Shown one piece after another: positions 48,144 to 57,893 of a DNA stretch of 64,000 nucleotides. The stretch covers positions 6,402 to 70,401 of the forward strand of contig JALXBF010000006.1 in assembly GCA_026991575.1 (NCBI GenBank), given 5' to 3'. The DNA comes from Planctomycetota bacterium (GTDB taxonomy: Bacteria > Planctomycetota > Planctomycetia > JALXBF01). Position numbers and translations under genes: made by a program. The notes beneath the pieces were generated by a model. The model was not told the origin of the DNA, did no database searches, and saw nothing but the letters and a program-made list of their open reading frames with translations. The number at the start of each line of letters is the position of its first letter. Positions within the stretch are counted from its first letter, which is position 1.

Positions 48144-49160
48144 ATGGCCAGGGCTCTGGTAACCGGGGCAACGGGATTCATCGGAAGCCATGTGGCAGAG
48201 CGGCTGGTCCGCGACGGCTGGCACGTGCGCACGCTGGTACGTCCGAGCAGCCAGACCGAGTTCGTGGACAGCCTTGGTGTCGAGAAGGTAGTGGGAGACC
48301 TGACCGACGCACGCTCGATTCAGGAAGCAGTCCAGGGCTGTGACGTCGTCGTGCACTGCGCGGCCATGGTGGGGGATTGGGGACCGGTCGAGCAGTACCG
48401 CAAGGTGAACGTGGAAGGGATGCGACACCTGCTGGACGCGGCCGCTGAGCAGGGGGTGCGGCGTTTCGTGCACGTCAGCTCGCTGGGCGTCTACGAGGCA
48501 CGCGACCACTATGGCACGGACGAGTCCGTGCCGCCGCCGCGCCAGCATATCGACGGTTACACGCAGACGAAGGTGGAAAGCGAGGAGCTTGCGCTGCAGT
48601 ACCACCGCGAGCGCGGCTTGCCCGTCGTCGTGCTTCGCCCCGGCTTCGTCTACGGCCCACGCGACCGGACTGTCCTGCCTCGGCTGCTGGAGGCGATCCG
48701 CACGGGCCGGTTCCGCTACTTCGGCTCGGGCAACCAGGCGCTGAACGCGATTTTTGTGGGCAACCTGGTCGAAGCCGTGGTGCTGGCACTGGAAAAGGAC
48801 AATGCCGTCGGACAGGTCTACAACCTGACCGACGATGAGCCGATCTCCAAGCGACGCTTCGTCGGCACCATCGCTCGTCTGGCTGGTTATCCGGAACCGC
48901 AGAAAAGCATCCCGCTCTGGCTTGCGAAGCTGTTGGCCAGCGTGCTGGAATGGCGCGCCCGGCGAAAAGGCTCAACCAAACCGCCGATCGTCAACAAGGC
49001 CCGCGTGAAGTTCCTCGGACTGAACCTGGACTTCTCCTGCGAGAAAGCCAAGCGGGAGCTCGGCTACAAGCCGCCCTACTCGTTCGAGGAAGGCATGAAG
49101 ATCACCATGACCTGGTTCAAGGAACAGGGGCTCGTCCCCCCCCTGGAACAGGCAGCCTGA
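48144..49160 (+). CDS. Extended SDR, NAD-dependent epimerase/dehydratase (3-beta-HSD-like)
   Basis: LVTGATGFIGSH, HCAA, NVEG, HVSS, YTQTK (YxxxK), LRPGFVYGP; AGGAGG RBS. Confidence 0.9.
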   Translation: MARALVTGATGFIGSHVAERLVRDGWHVRTLVRPSSQTEFVDSLGVEKVVGDLTDARSIQEAVQGCDVVVHCAAMVGDWGPVEQYRKVNVEGMRHLLDAAAEQGVRRFVHVSSLGVYEARDHYGTDESVPPPRQHIDGYTQTKVESEELALQYHRERGLPVVVLRPGFVYGPRDRTVLPRLLEAIRTGRFRYFGSGNQALNAIFVGNLVEAVVLALEKDNAVGQVYNLTDDEPISKRRFVGTIARLAGYPEPQKSIPLWLAKLLASVLEWRARRKGSTKPPIVNKARVKFLGLNLDFSCEKAKRELGYKPPYSFEEGMKITMTWFKEQGLVPPLEQAA

Positions 49161-49199
49161 AGAGGCTCAGCCGCACTGCCGACGTCGGAGGAATCGGAG

Positions 49200-49727
49200 A
49201 TGGCAGGCATCCTGGAAGGCAAGCGGATCGCGATCTTGCTCGAACGCCAGTATCAGGTGCTCGAAGTCTGGTTCCCCTTGCTCCGCTTCGTCGAGGACGG
49301 CGCCCACGTGACGCTGGTTGCGCCCGAAGCGGAAAAGGAGTACCCCAGCAAGGAAGGCTATCCGGCCCGGTCGGACCGGGCGGTGACCGAGGTGAAGGCC
49401 ACCGACTTCGAGGCCATCGTCATACCCGGCGGCTTTGCCCCCGACTTCATGCGACGGCACGACGAGATGATCCGGTTCGTGCAGGAGGCCGTCGACACCG
49501 ATCGGGTGATCGGCGCCATCTGCCACGGAGTCTGGATGCTCTGCTCGACGAACGGCCTGAAGGGCAAGACCGCAACCAGCTTCTTTGCCATTCGCCACGA
49601 CGTCATCAACGCTGGCGCCACCTGGGTCGATCGTCCGGTGGTCCGCGACGGAAACATCATCACCAGCCGCAAGCCGGAAGATCTGCCAGTCTTCTGCGCC
49701 GAGATCCGGAACGCATTGCTAAGCTAA
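49200..49727 (+). CDS. pfpI: PfpI/DJ-1 family protein (type 1 glutamine amidotransferase-like)
   Basis: IPGGFAPD, GAICHG nucleophile elbow, VVRDGNIITSRKPEDLP. Confidence 0.9.
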   Translation: MAGILEGKRIAILLERQYQVLEVWFPLLRFVEDGAHVTLVAPEAEKEYPSKEGYPARSDRAVTEVKATDFEAIVIPGGFAPDFMRRHDEMIRFVQEAVDTDRVIGAICHGVWMLCSTNGLKGKTATSFFAIRHDVINAGATWVDRPVVRDGNIITSRKPEDLPVFCAEIRNALLS

Positions 49728-49748
49728 CTCGTCCGCTGGAGGTGTGCG

Positions 49749-50945
49749 ATGTCTACCGGCGACAGGTTCCAACCCGTACCCGAAGACCACTTCACCTTCG
49801 GCCTCTGGACCTTCGGCAATCCGGGACGGGATCCGTTCGGTGACCCAGTGCGGCCGTTGCCGAATCTGGAGTCGATCAAACGATGGCTGGGCATCCTGGC
49901 CGAGATCGGAGCGTACGGGGTCAATCTTCATGACAACGACCTGGTTCCGTTCGATGCCTCCGCCGCCGAACGGGATCGGATTGTTGCCGAGTTCAAGAAG
50001 GCACTGAAGGACACGGGCCTCAAGGTTCCGATGGCCACAACCAACCTGTTCAGCCATCCGATCTTCAAGGACGGAGCATTCACGTCGAACGACCCGAAGG
50101 TCCGAGCGTTTGCACTGCACAAGACCATGCGCGCCATCGATCTGGGCGTCGAGTTGGGCGCCCAGGTGTACGTCTTCTGGGGGGGCCGGGAAGGCACCGA
50201 AGTGGACGCCAGCAAGGACCCGGTCACGGCATTGAAGCGCTACCGGGAATGCATCAACTTCCTGTGCGAGTACTGTATCGACAACGGTTATCAGATCAAG
50301 TTCGCGCTGGAAGCAAAGCCGAACGAGCCACGCGGCGACATCTTCCTGGCAACCACCGGCGCCATGCTCGCATTCATCTACACGTTAGACCACCCCGACA
50401 TGGTCGGGCTGAACCCGGAGGTAGCCCACGAACACATGGCCGGCCTGAACTTCAGCCACGCAGTGGCGCAGGCGCTGGAGGCAGGTAAGCTGTTTCACAT
50501 CGACCTCAACGCCCAGAAACTGTGCCGTTTCGACCAGGACCTGAGATTCGGTTCTGAGGACCTCAAGGGGGCCTTTTTCCTGGTGAAGCTGCTGGAGGAC
50601 TACAACTGGCCTGGCATGCGACACTTTGACGCGCACGCCTATCGCACAGAAGACCTCGACGGCGTGCGCGACTTCTGCCTGGGCTGCATGCGTACGTACA
50701 AGATCCTCAAGGAAAAGGTCCGCCAGTTCCACGAGGACGAAGAGATCCAGGCCATCCTACGGGAACTCAACGCTGGCGACGAACCGCTCGAGACGCGCAT
50801 GGCACAGTACTCACGCGCGAACGCCACCTACCTCCGAGACCAATTCGGTTACAGCGACGTCGCCGATCGGGCCACCCGGGGCCTGGGTTACGAGCGGCTC
50901 GACCAGCTGGTGATCGAGCTATTGCTGGGGGTTCGCGGCAGCTAG
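49749..50945 (+). CDS. xylA: Xylose isomerase, class I (short form)
   Basis: [62 protein letters not shown]. Confidence 0.95.
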   Translation: MSTGDRFQPVPEDHFTFGLWTFGNPGRDPFGDPVRPLPNLESIKRWLGILAEIGAYGVNLHDNDLVPFDASAAERDRIVAEFKKALKDTGLKVPMATTNLFSHPIFKDGAFTSNDPKVRAFALHKTMRAIDLGVELGAQVYVFWGGREGTEVDASKDPVTALKRYRECINFLCEYCIDNGYQIKFALEAKPNEPRGDIFLATTGAMLAFIYTLDHPDMVGLNPEVAHEHMAGLNFSHAVAQALEAGKLFHIDLNAQKLCRFDQDLRFGSEDLKGAFFLVKLLEDYNWPGMRHFDAHAYRTEDLDGVRDFCLGCMRTYKILKEKVRQFHEDEEIQAILRELNAGDEPLETRMAQYSRANATYLRDQFGYSDVADRATRGLGYERLDQLVIELLLGVRGS

Positions 50946-50989
50946 CGCCGCTCAGGCCCGCAGCGCGGCCGACCGCCAGAGCAGCTGGG

Positions 50990-51604
50990 TCACGGCACCA
51001 GCCCGGCACGGGCCAAGATGGCCCGTGCCTGCTCGGCGTCCTGGTAATGGACTGCTCGGATACCGAGTTGGCCCGCAGCTTTAACGTGTGCGAGTGTGTC
51101 GTCGAAGTACACGACGCGCCCGGCCGGTAGCCCGGGCACACAGGCCAGTGCCGCCTCGAACATCGCCTGTTCCGGCTTCGCCGCACCCACCTCGTACGAC
51201 AGCACCCGTTGGGTCAGCCGGCGGAAGAACGGAAAGTGCTGTTCGATCCAGTGAACGTGGATCGGACAGGTGTTCGAGACGATCACTACTGGAACTCCCC
51301 TGTCAAGAAGCGTCATAGCCAGCTGTTCCATGGGCGGATTGGGCCAGAAAATGTCGCTGGCTGCACGGATGAGCTCCTGCAGCGGTACCGAGCGGCCCGC
51401 CCATCGGCACAACGCGTGATGCAGCGTCTCTGTACCGATTAGGCCCCGTTCATACTGCCACAGCAGCCCGTCGCGGAAGAACAACTGCTGAAGAGCTGTC
51501 GGCGCACACCCCAGACAGTCAGCCACCTGCTGGACCATCCTCTGGTGGCTGAAGTGCACAAGCACGTTGCCGAGATCGAAAAGCACGGCCTCGAAGTCGG
51601 CCAT
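50990..51604 (-). CDS. HAD-superfamily phosphatase (YihX-like)
   Basis: LFDLGNVL, VSNT, AAKPEQAMF, YFDD; start at ATG 51604. Confidence 0.88.
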   Translation of the reverse strand: MADFEAVLFDLGNVLVHFSHQRMVQQVADCLGCAPTALQQLFFRDGLLWQYERGLIGTETLHHALCRWAGRSVPLQELIRAASDIFWPNPPMEQLAMTLLDRGVPVVIVSNTCPIHVHWIEQHFPFFRRLTQRVLSYEVGAAKPEQAMFEAALACVPGLPAGRVVYFDDTLAHVKAAGQLGIRAVHYQDAEQARAILARAGLVP

Positions 51605-51620
51605 GGCCCCAGTCGGCCAC

Positions 51621-51660
51621 TCACAGCTCACAGAGTGCAATCACAGCTCACAGAGCACAA
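51621..51660. repeat. 2 x 20-bp tandem repeat spanning the DUF1080 stop codon
   Basis: tcacagctcacagagtgcaa / tcacagctcacagagcacaa, 18 of 20 identical. Confidence 0.85.
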
Positions 51661-52291
51661 TGTTCCTGAAGTGGATCTCCATCGGCGGCCCTCCGTGGAT
51701 CTGCAGCCCGATCACACCGGTTTGTGGGATCTTCGGGTCCGACTCGTTGTAGTCGACCGTCTTGACTCCGTTAAGCACCAGCGTGATGTGTCGCCCCTCA
51801 GCACGGATCACGTACCGGTTCCAGCCGTCCGGCTTCAGGGCCTTGAGCATGCGTTTGCGCACGTCGCCTTCGGGCCTGGCCAGCAGGCGGTTCCGGCGGG
51901 ACTCGTCATAGAGTGCCCCCCACCAGCCCGGGCCGATATCGGCCTGATAACCGGAGACCTCCGTCGAATTCGGCACGCGTTTCGACCGGAACTGAATGCC
52001 ACTGTTGCCCCTGCCACCGACCAGCCGGAACTCCAACTTCAGCTCAAAATCGGCAAACGATCGCTCCGTGCACAGGAACTCGTTATGGCGAATGCCGTCG
52101 TGGCGGCCGACGATCATGCCATCCCGTACGGACCAGTACTTGCGGTTGCCCTCCCAGCCGTTGAGCGTCTTTCCGTCGAAGAGCTGGATACAGCGCCGAG
52201 GCTTGGCTTGTTGAGTCTTCGGACCCGCAGCCAAGATCAACGGCAACGCACCGCAAGCGATGGCGAACAGAGCGACCGGGAAGGATCTCAT
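51641..52291 (-). CDS. Secreted DUF1080 (3-keto-disaccharide hydrolase family) protein
   Basis: Signal peptide; LFDGKTLNGWEG, DFELKLEF, NSGIQFRS, GYQADIG, WNRYVI, IGLQIHGG. Start at ATG 52291. Confidence 0.9.
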   Translation of the reverse strand: MRSFPVALFAIACGALPLILAAGPKTQQAKPRRCIQLFDGKTLNGWEGNRKYWSVRDGMIVGRHDGIRHNEFLCTERSFADFELKLEFRLVGGRGNSGIQFRSKRVPNSTEVSGYQADIGPGWWGALYDESRRNRLLARPEGDVRKRMLKALKPDGWNRYVIRAEGRHITLVLNGVKTVDYNESDPKIPQTGVIGLQIHGGPPMEIHFRNIVLCEL

Positions 52292-52349
52292 AGCTGTCTC
52301 TCCCGTTGTTGCAGATCGAGGGTCAGCAGCGGCGGCACCGTGGCTCTGC

Positions 52350-52844
52350 TCAGTCGCTGTCACCGTAGCGTGACGTCATCCATTTTTCCACTGGCCGAAG
52401 GATGGCCAGAACGACTACGGCAAGCAGGGTACCTGCAACAGCGACGCCAAACTGCTTCATGCCGCACGCCGTACCCACGGCGGCAGACAGCCAGACGGAA
52501 CTGGCCGTGGTCAGGCCCTTGACCTCAAGCCGGTCGGCTAGCTTCAGGATGGTTCCCGCGCCGATGAAGCCGATACCGGTGGCGATGCCCTGCACGGCGC
52601 GCGTGGCGTCGGGGAGGAATTCCTTTGCCGCAACGAGCGCAACGAGCATGAACATCGCCGCGCCCATGGCCACACTCATGTGCGTCCGGAACCCCACCCA
52701 ACGCCCATGCACCTGGCGCTCCAGCCCGAGGATCCCCCCCAGCGCCCCGGCCATGGTCAGTACGATGCAGGCGTCAAGAAACACGGGCAGTTGCGCTAGA
52801 AGCTGCCGCCACGTGTCATGAACCGCTTGCTCGATCGCGTCCAT
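52350..52844 (-). CDS. MgtC/SapB family membrane protein (no C-terminal ACT domain)
   Basis: LGLER, VGFRTHM, IATGIGFIGAGTI, GLTTASSVWLSAAVG. Confidence 0.9.
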   Translation of the reverse strand: MDAIEQAVHDTWRQLLAQLPVFLDACIVLTMAGALGGILGLERQVHGRWVGFRTHMSVAMGAAMFMLVALVAAKEFLPDATRAVQGIATGIGFIGAGTILKLADRLEVKGLTTASSVWLSAAVGTACGMKQFGVAVAGTLLAVVVLAILRPVEKWMTSRYGDSD

Positions 52845-52855
52845 GGTCGCCCGTG

Positions 52856-54547
52856 CTAAGTTCCGGAGTCTGCCGTTGTCACAGCGCCTCGGGCAGCAGA
52901 GGAAACGAGCCGAGCATACTTAGCCATCACGCCCGTACGGTACGCCGGTTCAGGAGGGCGGTACGCCGCAGCCCGTGCCGCCAGCTCCTCATCCGGCAGT
53001 TCCACCGCCAACAATCGCTTGTCGACATCGATCACAATCGTGTCCCCGTCGCGCACGACGCCGATTGGGCCGCCACGAACCGCCTCGGGTGCCACGTGTC
53101 CGACCATCATTCCGTGCGTCGCGCCCGAGAAGCGGCCGTCGGTGATGAGGGCCACCTCATCCGCAAGGCCTGCGCCAACGATCGCTCCGGTTACGCCAAG
53201 CATTTCGCGCATGCCCGGTCCACCGGCAGGCCCTTCGTTGCGGATGACCACGACATCACCCGGCCGAATCGAGCCCCGCTGGATCGCGGCCATCGCGTCC
53301 TCTTCACGCTCGAAAACCCGTGCCGGACCTCGGTGACGCCGCCGCTTCTGACCGGCCACCTTCAGGACCGCACCTTCCGGCGCGAGGTTTCCTTTCAGGA
53401 TAACAAGGCCACCGGTTGGCTTCAGCGGCTCGGTCACCGTACGAACCACATCCTGGCCGGGCCGTTCCTGAGCTTCGGCCACTTCTTCGGCAAGCGTCCT
53501 GCCGGTCGCCGTCAGGCAATCGCCGTGGAGCAGTCCGGCCTCCAGCAGCCGCCGGGCCACAAGCGCTATGCCACCGGCACGATAAAGGTCCACGGCCATG
53601 TACCGGCCCCCTGGCTTCATGTCTGCGATCAAGGGAGTCCGCGAGCTGATCCGGTCAAAGTCGTCGATCTCCAGCGGCACACCAGCTTCGTGAGCTAGCG
53701 CCAGGTAATGCAGCACGGCGTTGGTCGAACCGCCGGTGGCAGCCACCGCGGCAATCGCATTCTCGATAGCCGGGCGCGTGATGATCTGACGCGCTGTGAT
53801 GCCCCGTCGTAACAGCTCCATCACGAGCTGTCCGGTGCGAAAAGCCACGTCCTCTTTTCTTGGGTCCAGTGCGGGCACGCTACCAAAGCCCATCGGGATC
53901 AGCCCGAGCACCTCCAGGGAGGTGGCCATTGTGTTGGCAGTGAATTGGCCGCCGCAGGCACCGGCCCCTGGACAAGCGACGTCCTCCAGCGCTTTGAGCT
54001 CCTCTGCGGTCATCCGTCCGGCGGCACACGCGCCCACCGCCTCGAACACATCTTGGATGCTCACGTCGCGACCGCGATAGTGGCCCGGTGCGATTGAGCC
54101 ACCGTAAAGCAGTACTGACGGGAGGTCGACCCGAGCCAGCGCCATGGCACAGCCGGGGATGGTCTTGTCGCAGCCGCACAGGGCCACGACGGCATCGAAC
54201 AGGTGACCGCGAAGCACCAGCTCGATGCTGTCGGCCACCAGTTCGCGGCTGATCAGCGAAGTTTTCATCCCCTCAGTGCCCATCGTCACGCCGTCGCTGA
54301 TGGCGATCGTGTTGAATTCCATCGGCGTGCCACCTGCCGCGCGGATCCCTTCCTTGACCTTCTCCGCCAGGCGGCGCAGGTGATAGTTGCATGGCATCGT
54401 CTCGATCCATGTGTTGGCAACTGCTACGATCGGCCGCTGCAGGTCCTCGTCACGGAACCCGATGGCCTTCAGCATGCTGCGCGCCGGCGCGCGCGTGATC
54501 CCGTCCAGCAACGCGCGGCTGCGATGGCGTGGGTCGAACTCCGGCAT
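52856..54547 (-). CDS. ilvD: Dihydroxy-acid dehydratase
   Basis: PCNYHL, SDGVTMG, CDKTIPG, GACGGQFTANTM, GGSTNAVLH, GPAGGPGMREML, ITDGRFSG. Confidence 0.95.
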   Translation of the reverse strand: MPEFDPRHRSRALLDGITRAPARSMLKAIGFRDEDLQRPIVAVANTWIETMPCNYHLRRLAEKVKEGIRAAGGTPMEFNTIAISDGVTMGTEGMKTSLISRELVADSIELVLRGHLFDAVVALCGCDKTIPGCAMALARVDLPSVLLYGGSIAPGHYRGRDVSIQDVFEAVGACAAGRMTAEELKALEDVACPGAGACGGQFTANTMATSLEVLGLIPMGFGSVPALDPRKEDVAFRTGQLVMELLRRGITARQIITRPAIENAIAAVAATGGSTNAVLHYLALAHEAGVPLEIDDFDRISSRTPLIADMKPGGRYMAVDLYRAGGIALVARRLLEAGLLHGDCLTATGRTLAEEVAEAQERPGQDVVRTVTEPLKPTGGLVILKGNLAPEGAVLKVAGQKRRRHRGPARVFEREEDAMAAIQRGSIRPGDVVVIRNEGPAGGPGMREMLGVTGAIVGAGLADEVALITDGRFSGATHGMMVGHVAPEAVRGGPIGVVRDGDTIVIDVDKRLLAVELPDEELAARAAAYRPPEPAYRTGVMAKYARLVSSAARGAVTTADSGT

Positions 54548-54680
54548 GGATCACCCCCCGGTGGACTATGGCGGGAATTCACCGTCAGGAAGGAGGCCAA
54601 AACACGATGCAATTGTACGGCACTGTCGCTGGCCCCCCAAGGAACCCCGCTGGGATCAGCGGTTCGGACCACAGCGTGAG

Positions 54681-56495
54681 CTAGAGGCTGAGCAGGTACT
54701 CGATCAGATCGTCGATCTGCTCCTCAGTGACGCGCCGTGGGATCTTGTGCCGCCAACGCGTGAACACCTCTCGCAACGTTGCTGCTCGGCCGTCGTGCAG
54801 GTAGGGCGCCGTGTACGCGAGCCCGAGCAGGCTCGGCGGGTTAAACGCTCGATTCCCCCCGGGGCCGTCGTCAAGCCCTACGTCCACCACGCCCTCTGAC
54901 GTGAAGTAGCCCACCGGACGGTGACAGCGGCCACACTGAAGGCGTTCGAACAGCTGGCGGCCCCGCTCGACCTTAGCCGGATCAAGCTGCCGGTAGGCGA
55001 TCCGCGGCGGCCGCGGCAGCGACCGCAAGTACGCTACCAAAGCGGCCACCGTTTTGCGGGACGGATCGCGGGGCGAACGCATCGAGGTGCGGAGCGACGC
55101 TTCGACCTGATCGTGCAGACTGTCGAAAACACCTATCCAACCCCACGGCCCCGTCTGGCCGGTACCGTACAGCGTGGGGATGTTCTTCGGGGCACCGTAG
55201 GAGCCGTCACCAAGGGTGTCGGCATTCAGACCACAGGTGTGGCCGTCCGTGTGACAGCTGTTGCAGCTGTACCAGCCGTCAAGCGACAGGGTAGCGTCAT
55301 AGAAGAGCTGTTCTCCCAGTTCGACCAGAGACAACGGCTGCGGCGCCCGGAGTCTGATCCGGCCAATCGATTGAGCCCCAGCCAACTCCACCACCTCGAC
55401 ACTGTCGTCGAAATAGTTTGCCACGTACACACGGTCATGTTCCGGGGCGAGGGCCAGCGCCACGGGCCGTTTGCCCACGTCGACCCGGTGCACACCGAAT
55501 TCCTTCAGTGGTACCATGCCGATGTCGTGCACGCCTGAGAGGCAGAGCACGATGGTGCCATCACGCGCGACGATCACGGCGCCCGGGTCACCGGCAGCAT
55601 GGCCTGCGTCGCCCACGAAGTGGGTGCGCCCCGCGCCGAAGGGATTGGCCTCCGGATCCAGGAACGCATCGAGCGGGAGCACGCGGAGGTTGCTGGTCAT
55701 GGTGATGCCCCAGTGCACGTTCTCTCGTGTCGTGGGCGCCGTTTCGGTCAATAACATGTGGCCAATGACGAGGTACTGCTCCGACGGATCAGCAGCCAAC
55801 CCGCGCACGTTGTGCGCCGGCACATCGCGGCAGACCACCCGATCGGCATAGACGCGCCACTCGCCTCGGGGCGTCAACGCGGTCGTGATCCGGTAGACCG
55901 CGATCTTGCCCCCGAACGCATCCGCAACGACCAGCAGTTCGCGGCGCGGCAGATACAGCAACTCACCCGGGCAGAACTCCAGATCGATCGATCCGGCCAG
56001 CCGGCCACTTCGCCCCTCCACAATCGTCACCCCCCGCGCCCAGCGCCGGCTCACGACCACGAACCACGCGTCGTCATCTTCAAAAGCTACGCAGCGCTGA
56101 GGTCCGCCTGGCAGCGGAACCGTGCGCACGACACTCCCTTCAGGGGTAAACACTATCAGCCGTTGGCCCACCGCGTCGCATGCCGCCAGCAGATCACCCG
56201 AGTCGGTACCACACAGCGCTGTCAATGACTTGCCCAGCGAGTACTCGGCCAACACCTTTCCTTCGGCTGGGTCCACCACTGCGACCGAACCGGTCCCTGC
56301 CCCGGCCACATACAGCCTGCTCCCGTCCGGCTCGTGCCACAATGCCGCCGGCTTGAACCGTCGCGAACGATCCGTACGCTGTCCCATGACCGGGCCACGT
56401 GCCCCGGCCAGCAGTATGGCGACCAGCACCGCGGCCGCTGCTACAACCGCCAGCCATCTTTTCCACTGTCCGCGGCATGGGGCGGTTTGGTTCAT
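54681..56495 (-). CDS. Exported YVTN beta-propeller + di-heme cytochrome c (CCP/MauG-like) fusion
   Basis: Signal peptide; propeller repeats (LYVAGAGTGSVAVVD, RVYVANYFDDSVEVV); CNSCH and CGRCH heme motifs; NPPSLLG...APYLHDG. Confidence 0.85.
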   Translation of the reverse strand: MNQTAPCRGQWKRWLAVVAAAAVLVAILLAGARGPVMGQRTDRSRRFKPAALWHEPDGSRLYVAGAGTGSVAVVDPAEGKVLAEYSLGKSLTALCGTDSGDLLAACDAVGQRLIVFTPEGSVVRTVPLPGGPQRCVAFEDDDAWFVVVSRRWARGVTIVEGRSGRLAGSIDLEFCPGELLYLPRRELLVVADAFGGKIAVYRITTALTPRGEWRVYADRVVCRDVPAHNVRGLAADPSEQYLVIGHMLLTETAPTTRENVHWGITMTSNLRVLPLDAFLDPEANPFGAGRTHFVGDAGHAAGDPGAVIVARDGTIVLCLSGVHDIGMVPLKEFGVHRVDVGKRPVALALAPEHDRVYVANYFDDSVEVVELAGAQSIGRIRLRAPQPLSLVELGEQLFYDATLSLDGWYSCNSCHTDGHTCGLNADTLGDGSYGAPKNIPTLYGTGQTGPWGWIGVFDSLHDQVEASLRTSMRSPRDPSRKTVAALVAYLRSLPRPPRIAYRQLDPAKVERGRQLFERLQCGRCHRPVGYFTSEGVVDVGLDDGPGGNRAFNPPSLLGLAYTAPYLHDGRAATLREVFTRWRHKIPRRVTEEQIDDLIEYLLSL

Positions 56496-56511
56496 CTTGT
56501 CGGCCTCCTGG

Positions 56512-57588
56512 TTACGTGGCTCCCTGCGCTTCGGAGACCTCTGGCAGTCGGACTCCCAGTCGCTCGGCCAGTCTAGTCAATGCCTGCCAGTTGCCGGAAT
56601 CGATCGGGATGCCGTGCTGCTTCCGTTGCCAGAAAACCCTGCGCTCAGGCTCACCGGGCAGCAGGATTTCACCGCCCGGCTCGGCCGGGGGACACGAGCG
56701 GACGTACTCGAGGAGCTGTTTGACCTGAGCGACGAAGTGCTCGCGCCCGGCAAACCGGTCCGGTTCGATCAAGAGTGCAAAGACATCGTTGCCCAGTGGT
56801 GGTTCAGGGTTGGGGTGTGCGGTCAGGCCGCCCGAGAGGGCGCCGGCGAGGATGTCCACGACTAGCCCAAGGCCGAACCCCTTGTATCCCTGAGGCCCGC
56901 CGAACGGCAGGATCGCGCCGCGCGGTTCACGGTACAGCACGCTCGGGTCTGTGGTGGGCCGGCCCGTGGCGTCGATCAGCAACCCGGGTGGCACGCGTTT
57001 GCCTGCGATCCAGCTCACCCGCATCTTCCCCTCTGCTGTTGCCGCCGTGCAGAAGTCCAGGATGATCGGGTCCCGGTCCGTCGGCACGCCGATACAGATC
57101 GGATTGGTACCCAGCCTGGCTTCTCGACCGCCGAACGGGGCAACGCGCTGGGCGGCGCCGTGGGTGTTGACAAAGAACAGCGAAACCAGTCCCTCGGCCG
57201 CCGCCTGCTCCGCATACTCCCCGACCCGGCCGATGTGACCGAGTCGCTGGGCGGCAGCCGCCGCGATGCCCTCCCGCACCGCCACTGCCATCAGCTTCTC
57301 CAGGAGCCGGTGCATCTGCACCTGGCCCAGGCCCCAGCCGGCATCAACGACCATGTGGCACTGACCGCGACGAACGATCTGCAGCGGTGCGTCGAGCCGG
57401 ATCCGCTCCTGCTCGATCGCCTCCACGTAGTAGGGGATCCGCATCACACCGTGCGAATCGAGCCCGCGGAGGTTGGCCTCCACCAGGGAGCGGGCCACGG
57501 TCACCGCCTGATCGTGCGGCACGTCGGCCGCTTCAAGCAGCCGGCGGGCAAACAGCTCCAACTCTTCGGCTCGGACAATGACAGCCAT
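56512..57588 (-). CDS. Ldh_2 family (malate/L-lactate/ureidoglycolate dehydrogenase type 2) oxidoreductase
   Basis: NLRGLDSHGV, HIGR, LGTNPI, LDFCT, GYKGFGL, PGEPE. Start at ATG 57588. Confidence 0.9.
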   Translation of the reverse strand: MAVIVRAEELELFARRLLEAADVPHDQAVTVARSLVEANLRGLDSHGVMRIPYYVEAIEQERIRLDAPLQIVRRGQCHMVVDAGWGLGQVQMHRLLEKLMAVAVREGIAAAAAQRLGHIGRVGEYAEQAAAEGLVSLFFVNTHGAAQRVAPFGGREARLGTNPICIGVPTDRDPIILDFCTAATAEGKMRVSWIAGKRVPPGLLIDATGRPTTDPSVLYREPRGAILPFGGPQGYKGFGLGLVVDILAGALSGGLTAHPNPEPPLGNDVFALLIEPDRFAGREHFVAQVKQLLEYVRSCPPAEPGGEILLPGEPERRVFWQRKQHGIPIDSGNWQALTRLAERLGVRLPEVSEAQGAT

Positions 57589-57893
57589 GCGCGACTCCTG
57601 CGCACGAGCAAGCAATCTGGCAGGCAGGACTCGTTTAGATTCTAGTCACGGCCGACTGCAACGCTGGCCCCCCTGGCATGGTCCCGGCATGCAAAGCCCG
57701 TTCCAGCTACAGGGGATCCGCGAATGCGCAGGTACCGTGCCATCACCCGCAGCGGTACGCGGCGTGAGCGGCAGGGGCGCCGAATGATCTGGCATGATCG
57801 CCTGCGACTGTGGAAACGGGCGCGCAGGCCGGCTACGATGATTACCGAAAGTTCGCCCCAGCCACGTTCGACCTTGTGCCCGCGAGGACGCAA

